Virus record (IMG/VR): IMGVR_UViG_3300037483_000502
Span: 1-26,008 of that record
Direction: 5' to 3' (one strand)
Length of the DNA stretch: 26,008 nt
Source: a virus
Lineage: Duplodnaviria > Caudoviricetes
Of this stretch, positions 8,372 to 18,500 are shown in pieces (the stretch's first letter is position 1; each line of letters opens with the position of its first letter). A program made the translations under genes and the position numbers. The notes beneath the pieces were generated by a model. It was not told the origin of the DNA. It made no database searches and worked only from the letters and a program-made list of their open reading frames with translations.

Positions 8372-8503
8372 ACGCCCTCATCGGGCGTTCTTCGTGGATA
8401 ATTCGGCGCAATGCCGAACCCGCTACAAGCCGAGTAAGATCGGCCCATGATCGAGAGGCTCTCGATAAGCGGTGATCCGGTTTCCGGGCAATCACTAAGC
8501 GAA
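8372..8503 (+). ncRNA. Putative structured cis-regulatory leader RNA of the major capsid gene
   Basis: Six to seven short stems in ~130 nt: ACGCCC/GGGCGT, TTCGGC/GCCGAA, CCGCT/AGCGG, GCCGA/TCGGC, ATCGAGA/TCTCGAT and GTGAT-CCGG/CCGG-ATCAC. Confidence 0.5.
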
Positions 8504-8550
8504 AACTCAATTTTGTTTTTGTTCTTAACCCGAAACTAGGAGATCCAAGG

Positions 8551-9399
8551 ATGTCAAAATTCCTTTCAGATGCCGCAATTCAGCAATTCGATGACATGGT
8601 AAAACATGCGTATGCTGAGGAAGGCGGCGCACTTCGCAAGACGATCCGGACTAAAACCGGGGTTGTCGGCAATCAGCATAAATTCCCCACGATGGGCAAA
8701 GGCATGGCAACGGCGCGCATTCCGCAAACCGATGTTATTCCGATGAACATCACTCACGCCAAGAAAACGGCAACGCTCGGCGATTGGAACGCTCCGGAAT
8801 ATACGGATGTTTTCGATCAGCAAAAAACGAACGTTGACGAAAAGAAAGAGCTGGCAACCGTAATCGCGCAAGCGATCATGCGCCGCGAAGATCAAATGAT
8901 CCTCGATGCGATGGATGCGGCCAGCTCGAGCTTGACGATCGATACCGATATCGGCGGTTCGGATACGAACCTCAATACGGCAAAGTTCCGTTATGCCCGC
9001 AAGCTGCAAAGCGCAAACGGCGTATCGAAGCGCGATCGTTATCTCATCACGCACTCGAACAACCTTTACGGCTTGCTCGGGGATGACGATGCCAACACGT
9101 TCGACAAAAACGCGGTGAAAGCCCTCGTTGATGGCGAAATCACGAAATGGCTCGGCTATCAGATCATCGAGATCGGCGATTACGATGAGGGCGGCTTGCC
9201 GTTGTCTGGTTCGGTTCGCAAGAACTATTTCTATCATGGTGGTTTGCGCGGCTCTCTGGGCCTCGCGGTCGGCATCGATCGGAAAACCGAAATCAATTAC
9301 ATCGCGGAAAAAACATCGTGGCTCTGCAACGGCCTGTTCTCGGCTGGTTCGGTCGCCATCGATGCGGGCGGTGTCGTTGAAGCCGATGTGACCGAGTAA
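8551..9399 (+). CDS. Major capsid protein
   Basis: AGGAG RBS, 282 aa. IAQAIMRREDQMILDAM and a terminal GSVAIDAGGVVE motif typical of podoviral HK97-fold capsids; follows the scaffold. Confidence 0.9.
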   Translation: MSKFLSDAAIQQFDDMVKHAYAEEGGALRKTIRTKTGVVGNQHKFPTMGKGMATARIPQTDVIPMNITHAKKTATLGDWNAPEYTDVFDQQKTNVDEKKELATVIAQAIMRREDQMILDAMDAASSSLTIDTDIGGSDTNLNTAKFRYARKLQSANGVSKRDRYLITHSNNLYGLLGDDDANTFDKNAVKALVDGEITKWLGYQIIEIGDYDEGGLPLSGSVRKNYFYHGGLRGSLGLAVGIDRKTEINYIAEKTSWLCNGLFSAGSVAIDAGGVVEADVTE

Positions 9400-9430
9400 A
9401 GCAACCCCTAACTGAAAAGGAAATCGAAAG

Positions 9431-9763
9431 ATGACTTTTAATATTGCAAACTTCGCTCCGGTCGGTAATCAGTCAAAACCCCTCGCGGGCGTTGGCACGA
9501 CAACCATTACCGGGGCTCCGGCTGTTTGGTCGTATGTTACGGCAGACAGCAAAGCGGATGTGAATACCGCGAACTATTTCAGGGCTGGCGTTGCTTACGG
9601 CGGCGCATATCATCTCCTGAACGTTGGCGATTTCATTTACGCCCTTTGTGGCGCGGGCTCCGGCGGTACGCTGGCCCCCACGTTGCTTGTCGTTCTGAGC
9701 AAATCGGCAGGTGCGATCGATGTAAACGATGGCACGAGCTTGTCGATCAGTGACGCAGATTAA
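9431..9763 (+). CDS. Putative capsid decoration/cement protein
   Basis: AAGGA RBS; 110 aa rich in Gly/Ala/Ser/Thr, with WSYVTADSKADVNTANYF. Shares a terminator with the capsid gene, suggesting similarly high expression. Confidence 0.65.
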   Translation: MTFNIANFAPVGNQSKPLAGVGTTTITGAPAVWSYVTADSKADVNTANYFRAGVAYGGAYHLLNVGDFIYALCGAGSGGTLAPTLLVVLSKSAGAIDVNDGTSLSISDAD

Positions 9764-9789
9764 GGGCTCGGGTTCCTGAGCTTTTAACC

Positions 9790-9831
9790 GAGGCGGGGGG
9801 TTTTGATCGCTCTGGATCCCCCGCCTCTTTT
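9790..9831 (+). terminator. Rho-independent terminator after the capsid/decoration genes
   Basis: GAGGCGGGGG (9790-9799) pairs with CCCCCGCCTC (9818-9827), followed by TTTT. A smaller hairpin lies at about 9766-9781. Confidence 0.75.
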
Positions 9832-9846
9832 ACAAGGGGAAACCGG

Positions 9847-10530
9847 ATGGGCTTCGATAATTTGTTTTTGGGATTTAATAAGGGCGGCGGCGTTCCCCAT
9901 ATCCCTTGCCCGTATCCGCAAACCTACGATCTCAATAAAATCCAAAGCATTCCGCAACATCCGAAAAATCGTTCGGGTGTTTGTTTCGTTGTAGGAACCC
10001 ATCCTTGCGCCGATGATGATATTGCGGCGGCGCGCGCGGCCATCGATGCGATGAGCCCCGAGAAATTGCCGATAGCGGTATGCGCGATTAATGATGCGGC
10101 CGGGATGATGTTCGCCGATCACATAGCAACGGCGCATCCTGAGAAGCTGGAACAGTTCCTCGAGGGCGTTGAGCATCCGATCGAGATCCATAGCCGCTCG
10201 AAAATGAAGCGGCCGAACGCGCGCGAGAATGAATATATATGGGATTTGAATACCGGGGCAGGATCAGCCCTGTTCGGCGCGGCCGTAATGCTCGCGATCG
10301 GGTATGAGATGGTTGTTTTATGCGGTTGCCCCATGAGCGGCGGCGGCGGTTATAGCGTGAAAAAGCATGAGGGCTCGCTCGAGGATCCGAGGTTCGGAGA
10401 GCTGAGCCCGGCTCATTCACTGGTTCAAGGTTGGCAGGAACAGCTCAGGCGATTTAAAGAGGAAAATGCTCTTTCTTTCCGGGTTCGTTCAATGTCTGGA
10501 TACACTCGCAAGATTTTCGGGGGCTTGTAA
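9847..10530 (+). CDS. Maf/DUF115-like (sialyltransferase-like) nucleotide-sugar transferase
   Basis: Ordered motifs CFVVGTHP, VCAIND, DHIATAHP and GSALFGAAVMLAIGYEMVVLCGCPM match the GxG...aiN...S...a...lGy..i.L.G pattern of this fold. Confidence 0.55.
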   Translation: MGFDNLFLGFNKGGGVPHIPCPYPQTYDLNKIQSIPQHPKNRSGVCFVVGTHPCADDDIAAARAAIDAMSPEKLPIAVCAINDAAGMMFADHIATAHPEKLEQFLEGVEHPIEIHSRSKMKRPNARENEYIWDLNTGAGSALFGAAVMLAIGYEMVVLCGCPMSGGGGYSVKKHEGSLEDPRFGELSPAHSLVQGWQEQLRRFKEENALSFRVRSMSGYTRKIFGGL

Positions 10531-11156
10531 TGGCGAATATCTCACTCGGCACAACGGACGTTAAAATATGCGCGCGCGCATTGGTGAACATCGGCATGAG
10601 CCCGATCGATAACCTCGAGGGCGATGATGATGTTACGCTCGCCTGTTCCCTGCTCTATCCGATGGTAAAAAAAGAGGTTCTTTGCGCCTATCCTTGGTGG
10701 GCATCGAAGGGCAAGAAACAGCTCGGCCGTTTGACGAATACGCCAACGAACGAATACCGATACGGCTTTCAGTTGCCGAGCGGCCGGATCTCTGGCCCTC
10801 TCGCGATTTACAATTCCGGCGATGTAGGGGCTCAGCCCATCAAGGAATGGGATATCCAAGGCGATGTTGTGCTTTCGGATCAGCCCGCGCTCTGGGGCGA
10901 TTTTCAGTTCGATATCGATGAGAGCCGTTTCCCGCCGTACATCGAGAACCTGACGATCTATATTCTCTCGGCCCGCCTCGCGGAAAGCCTGACGGATGAT
11001 AGCTCGAAAGCGGATAAATATGATTTCATCGCGTTCGGTACGCCGGGCGAGAAAAGATGGGGCGGTTATTTCGAGATCGCGCGTTCGATCGATAGCAGAT
11101 TTCGGCCGAACCAATCGATCAAGGGCTTTTCCCTCGTTGATGCTAGGGGGTCGTAA
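10530..11156 (+). CDS. Tail tubular protein A / head-tail adaptor (T7 gp11-like)
   Basis: ICARALVNIG, YPWW, YGFQLP and FPPY...LAESLT motifs; synteny. Confidence 0.85.
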   Translation: MANISLGTTDVKICARALVNIGMSPIDNLEGDDDVTLACSLLYPMVKKEVLCAYPWWASKGKKQLGRLTNTPTNEYRYGFQLPSGRISGPLAIYNSGDVGAQPIKEWDIQGDVVLSDQPALWGDFQFDIDESRFPPYIENLTIYILSARLAESLTDDSSKADKYDFIAFGTPGEKRWGGYFEIARSIDSRFRPNQSIKGFSLVDARGS

Positions 11157-13132
11157 TGGGGCGGCTGATCCGGCTATTGAAATCGGATTTTACGAGCGGC
11201 GAGGTTGATCCGCTTCTTAAAGCGCGTACCGATATTAAGCATTATTTTTCGGGGGCCGAGGAACTCCGGAACGTTGTGGTTATGCCTCAGGGCGGCATCA
11301 AGGATCGGCCGGGGCTGAAATTCATCAATAACGTTTCAACGCTCACGAGCGGCAATGATCCGGATGATGGGGCGCGGTTCGTATCGTTCGAGTTCGATAG
11401 CGAAACAACGTACCTCTTGCTCTTTCTGGATCGCGAAATTCGGATCTATAAAAACGGTGCTCAGGTTCATTCGATTACCGGGCTCACGCAATGGACAGGC
11501 GCGAAGCTCGCGGATCTCAACTGGACGCAATCGAACGATACGCTCATCATTTTCCATCCCACAACTCAGCCTTACACGATCGTTCGGGTATCTGATACGA
11601 GCTGGACGATCACGGCTTTGAGCTTTGCGTACATTCCGAAATACGACTACAGCCCGGCAACAGCAACTCCGAACTGGACGATCACGCCGAGCGCGGTTTC
11701 GGGGCAGATAAAAATTACAGGAACGGCAACGCCGAACTTTACCTCGGCCTATCTCGGGCAAAAGATTTCAGGCAATGGCGGCTTGGCGCGGGTCGTTCAA
11801 GTGAACAGCACGAGCGAGGTTGTCGCGGTTGTCGAGATCCCGTTCTATAACATCGATGCCATGACCACAACGAATTGGACGTTCCATAGTGGTTTCGAGG
11901 ATACATGGAGCGGCGCGCGCGGCTGGCCCGCTTGCGGAACGTTCCATGATGGGCGGCTTTACATGGGCGGCGGGCCTCGGCCCTCAACGCTCTGGGGCTC
12001 CCGCATCGGCGAATACTTTGATTTCGAGCCGGGTTCGGGCCTCGATGATGAACCGATCGAGCTTACCCTCGATACCGATCAGCTCAATGATATCGTGAAC
12101 CTGTTCTCGCTCAAGGATCTGATCATCTTCACAACGGGCGGCGAGTTCTATGTTCCTGAGCGGCCGATCACGCCGAACGAAAGCTCAACGATCAACGCAA
12201 CGCGCCGGGGATCGAAAAAGGGCTTGCGGGTTGTCGAGCTCGATGGGGCGGCTCTGTTCATCCAGCGCGGCGGCAAGGCTGTTCGCGAGTTCGTATTGCT
12301 CGAGGATGGATCGAATAACTATACGGCCGATAACCTGAGCTTGCTGAGCTCGCACATGATCGACAATCCGGCTGATTTCAATAAGCGCAGATCAACCTCA
12401 ACCGAGGAAAATGATCTTTTGATCGTGGTAAATCCGGATGGAACGGCCGCGCTCTGCTCAACGATCCGCTCGCAACAGGTCATTGCATGGTCAACGATGG
12501 ATACGCCGAACGGCGATATCTTGCGGGTGGGGGTCGATGATACGGATATTTATTTCCTCATAAAGCGCGAGATCAACGGCGGCGATAAGTGGTTCGTTGA
12601 GATGTTCGATAGCACTCTCCGGATGGATTGCGCTGTTCGGGTCGATACGAGCGGCGGGGCAACGAGCACGATTACGGCCGCGCATCTCTTGAACGAGGAA
12701 GATGTTCACGTTTACGCCGATGATAATTATCAGGGGGCTTTCGAGCTGGACGGATCCGGGCAAGCGACAATCCCGAACGAGAGCGATGAGTATTACGAGG
12801 CCGGGTATTTCTTCCCGATCAGCGCGATAACCCTGCCCGTTGAGCCAACCTTGCCCGAGGGAACGGCTTTCGGGAAAAAGAAACGCATTATCGAGATCAC
12901 GAGCGAGCTTTACGAAACCGAGCATATTGTTTTCAACGGCCGCGAGGCGGTGTTCAAACAGTTCGGCCTTGCTGGATCCGGATCGCCCCTCGATGTTGAT
13001 GGGGTGAATTTCACGGGCAGGATTACGCAAGAGGGCTTTCTCGGGTACACTGACAAGGGGCAAGTAACCGTAACAAAAAACAGGCCCGGCCGAATGACGT
13101 TGCTCGGCGTGGGCGTTAAACTATCGATTTAG
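11156..13132 (+). CDS. Tail tubular protein B / nozzle (T7 gp12/P22 gp10-like)
   Basis: N-terminal FTSGEVDP...N...QGG..RPG, plus WPACGTFHDGRL, LWGSR and LFIQRGG; 658 aa, beta-rich. Confidence 0.88.
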   Translation: MGRLIRLLKSDFTSGEVDPLLKARTDIKHYFSGAEELRNVVVMPQGGIKDRPGLKFINNVSTLTSGNDPDDGARFVSFEFDSETTYLLLFLDREIRIYKNGAQVHSITGLTQWTGAKLADLNWTQSNDTLIIFHPTTQPYTIVRVSDTSWTITALSFAYIPKYDYSPATATPNWTITPSAVSGQIKITGTATPNFTSAYLGQKISGNGGLARVVQVNSTSEVVAVVEIPFYNIDAMTTTNWTFHSGFEDTWSGARGWPACGTFHDGRLYMGGGPRPSTLWGSRIGEYFDFEPGSGLDDEPIELTLDTDQLNDIVNLFSLKDLIIFTTGGEFYVPERPITPNESSTINATRRGSKKGLRVVELDGAALFIQRGGKAVREFVLLEDGSNNYTADNLSLLSSHMIDNPADFNKRRSTSTEENDLLIVVNPDGTAALCSTIRSQQVIAWSTMDTPNGDILRVGVDDTDIYFLIKREINGGDKWFVEMFDSTLRMDCAVRVDTSGGATSTITAAHLLNEEDVHVYADDNYQGAFELDGSGQATIPNESDEYYEAGYFFPISAITLPVEPTLPEGTAFGKKKRIIEITSELYETEHIVFNGREAVFKQFGLAGSGSPLDVDGVNFTGRITQEGFLGYTDKGQVTVTKNRPGRMTLLGVGVKLSI

Positions 13133-13143
13133 GGGCTTAGAAT

Positions 13144-13710
13144 ATGGCAGATCCAATTTCAGCACTAGCGATCGGAACGGCGGCAAGCGCGGCAACGGCA
13201 ACCACGGCCGCAACCGCAGCAACCGCCGGGCTGTTCGGCGCGGGCGGGGCATTCTCTCTCGGGGCAACCCTGAGCACGTTGGGAACAGCGTTTTCGGCTT
13301 TCAGCGCAATAACCGCCGGGCGCGGCGAACAGGGTATCTCGGAGAGCGAGGCGCGGCTCAATGAGTTCAACGCGAAGCAAGAGCAGATCCGGGGGCTCGA
13401 GGAAGCGAACTTGATCAAGCGCGATGTTGCCCGGGCTATCGCATCGGCGAACGCGCGCGGGGCCGCATCGGGGATCGATGTAAGTTCCGGCTCGCCCGTA
13501 ACCGCTCAGAAACAGGCTTTGACGGATGCCAATAACGCATGGTCAACGGCGGGAACGAACGCAAAGATCCGATCCGAAACCGAGAAAGTTCGCGCGCAGA
13601 TCGCCCGGCAACGTGGCCGGAACGCTGTTCGCTCAGGGCAAGGACAGGCGGCATCAATCCTCGGCAACTTTGCGGCCGATCAATATGACAGGGGGATGTT
13701 TAGTTTCTAA
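13144..13710 (+). CDS. Internal virion (ejection) protein, small (T7 gp14/P22 gp7-like)
   Basis: MADP start, hydrophobic Ala/Gly/Thr N-terminus, AASGIDVSSGSP motif; follows the nozzle gene. Confidence 0.75.
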   Translation: MADPISALAIGTAASAATATTAATAATAGLFGAGGAFSLGATLSTLGTAFSAFSAITAGRGEQGISESEARLNEFNAKQEQIRGLEEANLIKRDVARAIASANARGAASGIDVSSGSPVTAQKQALTDANNAWSTAGTNAKIRSETEKVRAQIARQRGRNAVRSGQGQAASILGNFAADQYDRGMFSF

Positions 13711-15545
13711 TGGCTGAGAGATTGCAATATAACGCCCCGAGCGTGTTCACAGAACGAGCCCCTCAAGTCAATTATGATGATGGCTCCGTTGATTATATGC
13801 GGCAACTTTCCGGGGCTTTCCTCGATGTTGCTCAAAAGGCCCATCGTGCCGAGCTCGAGGCGAACGTTGCTCAGGCTCAAAAGGATGGTGCTCTCGCGGG
13901 CGCAACCGATGGCATGAATTTCCGGCCAACGAAAAGAAAGAGCCTCGTTCATAAAGCCTATAACGCCAGTGGCATACAGGCCGCCACGGTGCAAATGAGC
14001 ATGAAATCGCAAGAAACGATCCAGCGCATTGCATTCGCGAACCCGGGCAATCCAGACGCGCAGAAAGCGGCAATGGGCGCATGGGCCGATAAGTTCGCCA
14101 GCGAATTGCCTGAGGATATGGTTGATCCGTTCCGCGAAACTTTCGGAACGATGGCGATGGCTCAGATCACATCGGCGAACAAAGAGCTCAGCGATATCCG
14201 GCAATCCGAAGCCGTTGCGAATTTCAACGATTACGAAACATCGGCAACGAAAAGCCTCGAGATGTTCGCCCCCAAGATGTTCGAGGCGGGCGATGTTGGA
14301 ACGGATGCGGCGAAAGCGGTTGAAACGCTCCGGAAAAATTACATCGAATTGCTCGCGCAGAACGGCCCCGGAACCGAATATGCGGTTGGCGGCTATCTGA
14401 TCCCTGAGGGGCAAGGCAGATCCGGCGCGTTCTCGGTCGAGGAAATCGGAAAGAAAATCGCCGAGTTCGATAAAATGGTTTTAGGTTCGGCCGTAAAGGG
14501 CGATTTCCTTCGAGAGCTGGAAGCGGGCCGGGGCGTTGCCTCTTACCTGAATTTCGTTAAGGGAACAACCGCGCTTACAACGGTAGGGGCGAACGGCGAG
14601 ATCCAGCAAACCTCGGTCGATAGCGTTCTCGATCAAGAGGGCAAGGAAAAGATCGCCTCGTATATGAGAACCCATATCAGCACGATCAACAGTTTCGAGG
14701 AACAGAACGATCGGAAAGCTGATCGCGCGCGGGTGAAATACAACGAGGCAATCGTTGATCAGGCTCTTGCGGTGGGGTTCAAGGTTAAGGAATTGCCCGA
14801 TGGTTCTCAGGTTGTCGAGGGCGATCCGGATGCCTTGCGGATGCTCTATCTCAACGCCGTGAATGATGATAGCGGCCTCGTGCGGCTGGAAACGGTCGAG
14901 GAACTTCAAAGCCTCATGGAAACGGTAGGATCGGGCGATATCGCGGATCCGGGTACGGTGTCGAAAACAAAGCTCGCCGTAATCAATCGGGATATTCGAT
15001 CGGCTTCTCAGCTTCCCCCGGCCGGGCTTGGCGATAAGGCGCGCGGCGAACTGGTACAGCTTACCCGGCAGATCAACGCCGGATCGCATTGGAGCAATTC
15101 CGAGCGGTATTCCTCGATGCTCACGCTCGGCAAGGCATCACTCGCGCCTGAGGCGGCAACAGGTTTCGCCCTGTTTTCCGATCCGAACAAGGCAAGCGCG
15201 GCCGATTATGCAGAATTTCAGGAACGGCTCATGAATGAGGTTATCTCAGCCGAGGCCGCCGGAACTCTGCCCGAGGATATCAACGCCATGCCGGGCAAAG
15301 ATCAGTTCGATATCCAAGGGCGCGCGCGCGAGCTCATCAAGGAAATCAAGGAACGCCGGGCGGTTGGGGATACAGATCCCGAGATCGAGGCAATCAACTC
15401 GAAAATCAAAGATCTTAATGTTATCCTCAACAATGAGGACACGCCGGAGCCTGAGGCGAAAAAGGCCCGCGATGAGCTCAAGATGCAGTTGGATGAAAAG
15501 GCCCGTATTCAGGCCCGCAAGCAGTTTACAGGGATAGGACAATGA
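13710..15545 (+). CDS. Internal virion (ejection) protein, medium
   Basis: 611 aa, helical, no Cys; lies between the small and large ejection genes. TAATG overlap. Confidence 0.7.
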   Translation: MAERLQYNAPSVFTERAPQVNYDDGSVDYMRQLSGAFLDVAQKAHRAELEANVAQAQKDGALAGATDGMNFRPTKRKSLVHKAYNASGIQAATVQMSMKSQETIQRIAFANPGNPDAQKAAMGAWADKFASELPEDMVDPFRETFGTMAMAQITSANKELSDIRQSEAVANFNDYETSATKSLEMFAPKMFEAGDVGTDAAKAVETLRKNYIELLAQNGPGTEYAVGGYLIPEGQGRSGAFSVEEIGKKIAEFDKMVLGSAVKGDFLRELEAGRGVASYLNFVKGTTALTTVGANGEIQQTSVDSVLDQEGKEKIASYMRTHISTINSFEEQNDRKADRARVKYNEAIVDQALAVGFKVKELPDGSQVVEGDPDALRMLYLNAVNDDSGLVRLETVEELQSLMETVGSGDIADPGTVSKTKLAVINRDIRSASQLPPAGLGDKARGELVQLTRQINAGSHWSNSERYSSMLTLGKASLAPEAATGFALFSDPNKASAADYAEFQERLMNEVISAEAAGTLPEDINAMPGKDQFDIQGRARELIKEIKERRAVGDTDPEIEAINSKIKDLNVILNNEDTPEPEAKKARDELKMQLDEKARIQARKQFTGIGQ

Positions 15546-18500
15546 GCAATTTTCTCGCAACGAACGAAAACCCGGTTGCCAGCTATGAGGGCAAGGTACG
15601 CGCGGCGATGGATTATAACCATCCGGCCGAGATCGCCTATCGGGATGGGCGGGAACGCTCCAAGGCGAAACAGGCGGCGGCGGTGCAGTACGAACGCCGC
15701 GAGGTTGTCGATGATGATGCAACATACGTTATCGAGGATCGCGAGGATGGGCCGTATATCATCGCAAAACAGCAAGGCAATGAGCCGATCAGATCGTTCG
15801 GAGATGCCGGGCTCAAGCTGGATGAGGTTCCCGAGAGCGCGATCGATAAGACGGTTTTCGATAGGGTTGGCGAGATAGCCGCCGGAGCCGGGGAAGTTGG
15901 CGAGGGTGCGATGCGCGGTATCGGCCTCGGAACAACGAAATTCATTACAAACGTAATCCGTTCGGCGGTCGATAATCCGATCGGAGATTTTGCGCTCGGG
16001 CCTGAGAATGTCGAGGCGTTCGAGCAATTCTCAACCGAGTTCCTGAAAAACGCCGATATCGCCGCGAATAAATCGGGGATCACTGGCAAAGAGTTCGGAA
16101 CAGGCGGGCAGATTGCCGTTGATGTTGGCGATGTTGCGGGCCAGTACGTTGCCCCGGCCGCCGGGCTTTACAAGGCATATCGGGCGATGGGCGCGGGTGC
16201 ATTGCTGAGCTCTGTTCTTGCCGATGGAACCGTTGGATTTTTCGGCGTATCGCCTGAGCAAGAGAATATCGCGAACCTGATCCCCGAGGATAGCAAGGCA
16301 TTCGGCGCATTGCGCGAGCTGATCGCAACCGATCCAGATGACGGCGATTTCGAGAACCGGACAAGGAACGCGGTTGAGGCGATCGGGATGCTCGGGATCG
16401 GCGAAGTTGCCGCGCGCAGTATCATCGGCGCGGTGAAATCAGGGAAACAGGCGATCAAAGCGATCGAGGTTCCTGAGAGCGTAGGGAAAGCCATCGATAA
16501 GCATTTGCCGAAATTGCTCGGCGCAGGGGCGGCAACGGGCGCAATGGCCCCGGGCGATGCCGAGGGATCGGTTGGGCCGCAATCTGCGATCGATACGGAT
16601 GATCGGTTCACTCAGGCGATGGCCTTTACCCGGCAAGCTGAGGGCGGGGCGGCAAACGTCAAAGGGGATCGGGGCGGCGCAACGCTGTTCGGCGTATCCT
16701 CGAAATCGTTTCCGGATGAATACGAGGCGGCAAAGAAGCTCTTGAAAACCAAGGGCGAGGATGCGGCCCGGGCATACCTAGAGGAAACCGTTTATTCGGG
16801 GATCTGGCAGGATGTTGTTACCGAGGATATGAATGCTCGGCAAGCGGCCGTGATATTCGATGCGGCCGTTCATCATGGCCCCGATCGCGCGCGCAAGATG
16901 TTCGATCAGGCTCAGGGCGATCCGGCAAAGATGCTCGATATCCGGCAAGCGTTCGTAAGACAGATCGCGGCGCGGGATCCCTCGCAACTGAAATTCCTGA
17001 AAGGCTGGAATAACCGGATCCGCGATCTGAAATCGGCAACGCGCTCGGATGGGATACAGGTTGCCGCCGCCGGAAACATGGGCTTTCAGTTGCTCGCCGA
17101 GGATATGGCGAACCCGAACCTCAAGCTCGCGGGCGGTAAAACCGATCTGATCAAGCGCGGGATCCAGAAACTCGATGAGCTGAGCCGCCCGGCCGAGAAA
17201 GCTCTTGTTCCAAGCGAAACGCTCGATAAGGCCGGAAAGCTGATCACTCAGCCCGGCGAGCGCATTGTTCCCGAGGATGTTGTAACCCGCGCGCGCGCCG
17301 CGCTGGAAAGCACTGGCAAGGCCGAGGGCATCGATTTCAACCTGAGCCGGATGGAAACGCCGGATCAGCTCAACAATCTCATCGATGAGATTTCGGAGGT
17401 TTACAAAGAGCCGATCGCTAAGAACAAGCGCGGCGTTGAAACCTTCGATGATACTCAGGCGAAAGCAGATCTTTCGCGGCAAATGGGCTTTAATGTCGAT
17501 GAGGTTCTATCCCGCCAGCCCGGGGAGCTATGGCCCGCCCATAAAATTAAAGCCGCGAGAGATATCTTTGTTTCCGAGCTCACAAAAACGGACGATCTAG
17601 CGAGATCGATCAAGGCCGGAGGGAACAGCTCCGAGAACATGATCGCGTTTCGTAGGCAGCTCGCCGTTGTATCCGCTCTGCAATCGCAGATCAAGGGCGT
17701 TCAAACGGAAACGGCCCGGGCTCTTTCTCAATACCGCATGACAGCGAAAAGCGCGATGGAACGGCAAGTCAATATTGCCGAGATGGTGCAAAAGTCGGGC
17801 GGTGCAGAAACGAACGAAATGCTCGTTGATGCGTATTTGAACGTTCTCGAAAACGGCGGCCCGGATGCGGCGGCGGTATTCGCCCGCAATGCCGAACAGG
17901 TATCGGGGCCGGATATGTTGTTCGAGGCATGGATCAACAGCTTGCTCGGATCCCCGGCAACTCACGCCGTAAACATGGTAGGGAACAGCCTCACGATCAA
18001 TCAGGCGGTTATCGAGCGTTATGCGGCCGCAACGTATGGGGCGGCTGAGAGGGGCGCGGCGCGGGCTCTGGGCAAGGAAGCAACGCAAGGCGTATCGTTC
18101 TCCGAGGCCAATGCGTTCGCGCAGGGTCAAGCAATGGCAACGAATGATGCGATGGTTGCTTTCCTGAAAGCCATGCGATCCGGCGAGGGTTCCGATATTT
18201 TCGGCAAGATGGATTACACGCCATCGATCACGGCGCAGAACATTAACGAATTGCCGCTCGCGAAAACGATCACATCGAAATTCATGCAGGGCGATGAGCT
18301 GGTAAAGAGCAACAGCCAGCTCGCGCATATGATCGATTTTATGGGCGAATATTACTATCGCTTGCCCGGCCGTTTCTTGATGGCTGAGGATGAGTTTTTC
18401 AAAACCATGAATTACCGGGCTCAGCTTCACGCGCTGGCCGCTCGAGAGGCGTTTCAAACGGGGGCCAGCAAGGAAGCTCAGGCGGCGCGCTTGCAAGAGA

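Noticed and set aside
8391-8503. tRNA gene in the capsid leader
   Set aside because: Multi-stem, but no T-loop/D-loop consensus in the right geometry, no 7-nt anticodon loop and no CCA end.
9380-9431. T7-like capsid frameshift or readthrough into the decoration gene
   Set aside because: No slippery heptamer seen, a second in-frame TAA follows three codons later, and the downstream gene has its own RBS.
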